Assembly: GCA_020432765.1 (NCBI GenBank)
Contig: JAGRDI010000025.1
Span: forward strand, 1 to 37,914
Direction of reading: 5' to 3'
From: Anaerolineales bacterium
GTDB lineage: Bacteria > Chloroflexota > Anaerolineae > Promineifilales > Promineifilaceae
Length of the DNA: 37,914 bases
A program made the position numbers and the translations under genes. This document shows, piece after piece, positions 37,832 through 37,914 of this stretch. Under the pieces are notes generated by a model. It saw only the letters and a program-made list of their open reading frames with translations. It did not search any database and was not told where the DNA came from. Position 1 is the first letter of the stretch, and every line of letters starts with the position of its first letter.

Positions 37832-37914
37832 TAGAGTGCATCCTCCCGTGAAACAATCTGCGTACGAATTGGCAATTTATAATCCGCCAGTCGCAACGCT
37901 TCGCGTGCCACATC
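37831..37914 (-). CDS. rplP: 50S ribosomal protein L16, C-terminal fragment truncated by the window edge
   Basis: Manual minus-strand translation gives ...[27 protein letters not shown], matching the L16 C-terminus. The TAA stop is at 37833-37831. Confidence 0.85.
   Translation of the reverse strand, partial: DVAREALRLADYKLPIRTQIVSREDAL

Overview
This is a bacterial chromosomal segment with high coding density and roughly mid-40s %GC by eye. The phylum cannot be proven from the sequence. Pro/Thr-linker secreted proteins, an FG-GAP protein, a DinB protein and the ribosomal-operon layout are compatible with a Chloroflexota/Anaerolineae-like organism, at low confidence. The left ~26 kb carries housekeeping and envelope genes: ettA, manA, an FG-GAP exoprotein, a YbgC-type thioesterase, DUF1269 and DUF308 membrane proteins, a Ser-Ser-Arg tRNA cluster, HAD, DinB, plsC, a LysM protein, an orphan GAF-PAS histidine kinase, a frameshifted M28 peptidase, an FmdE-like protein, PspC, a SAM methyltransferase, a UDG-family protein, an alpha/beta-hydrolase::acyl-CoA-synthetase fusion, trmB, arginase, an SH3 protein and a YabN/MazG fusion. 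The right ~12 kb, all on the minus strand, is the distal part of the S10-spc-alpha ribosomal supercluster: rplP(partial)-rpmC-rpsQ-rplN-rplX-rplE-rpsN-rpsH-rplF-rplR-rpsE-rpmD-rplO-secY-adk-rpmJ-rpsM-rpsK-rpsD-rpoA-rplQ, followed by truA-rplM-rpsI. I see no transposase, integrase, CRISPR array or recognisable defence system. The most unusual signal is at the DNA level. The palindromic octamer ACGGCCGT occurs at least 47 times (under 1 expected), almost always inside genes, on both strands and in all three codon phases. This resembles the cyanobacterial HIP1 element but has a different sequence. Secondary observations are a frameshifted M28 peptidase, an L29 with a 78-aa C-terminal extension, a hydrolase::adenylating-enzyme fusion with deviant core motifs, a near-perfect 33-bp coding tandem repeat, TrmB with an extra C-terminal domain, and missing map/infA in the spc-alpha junction.
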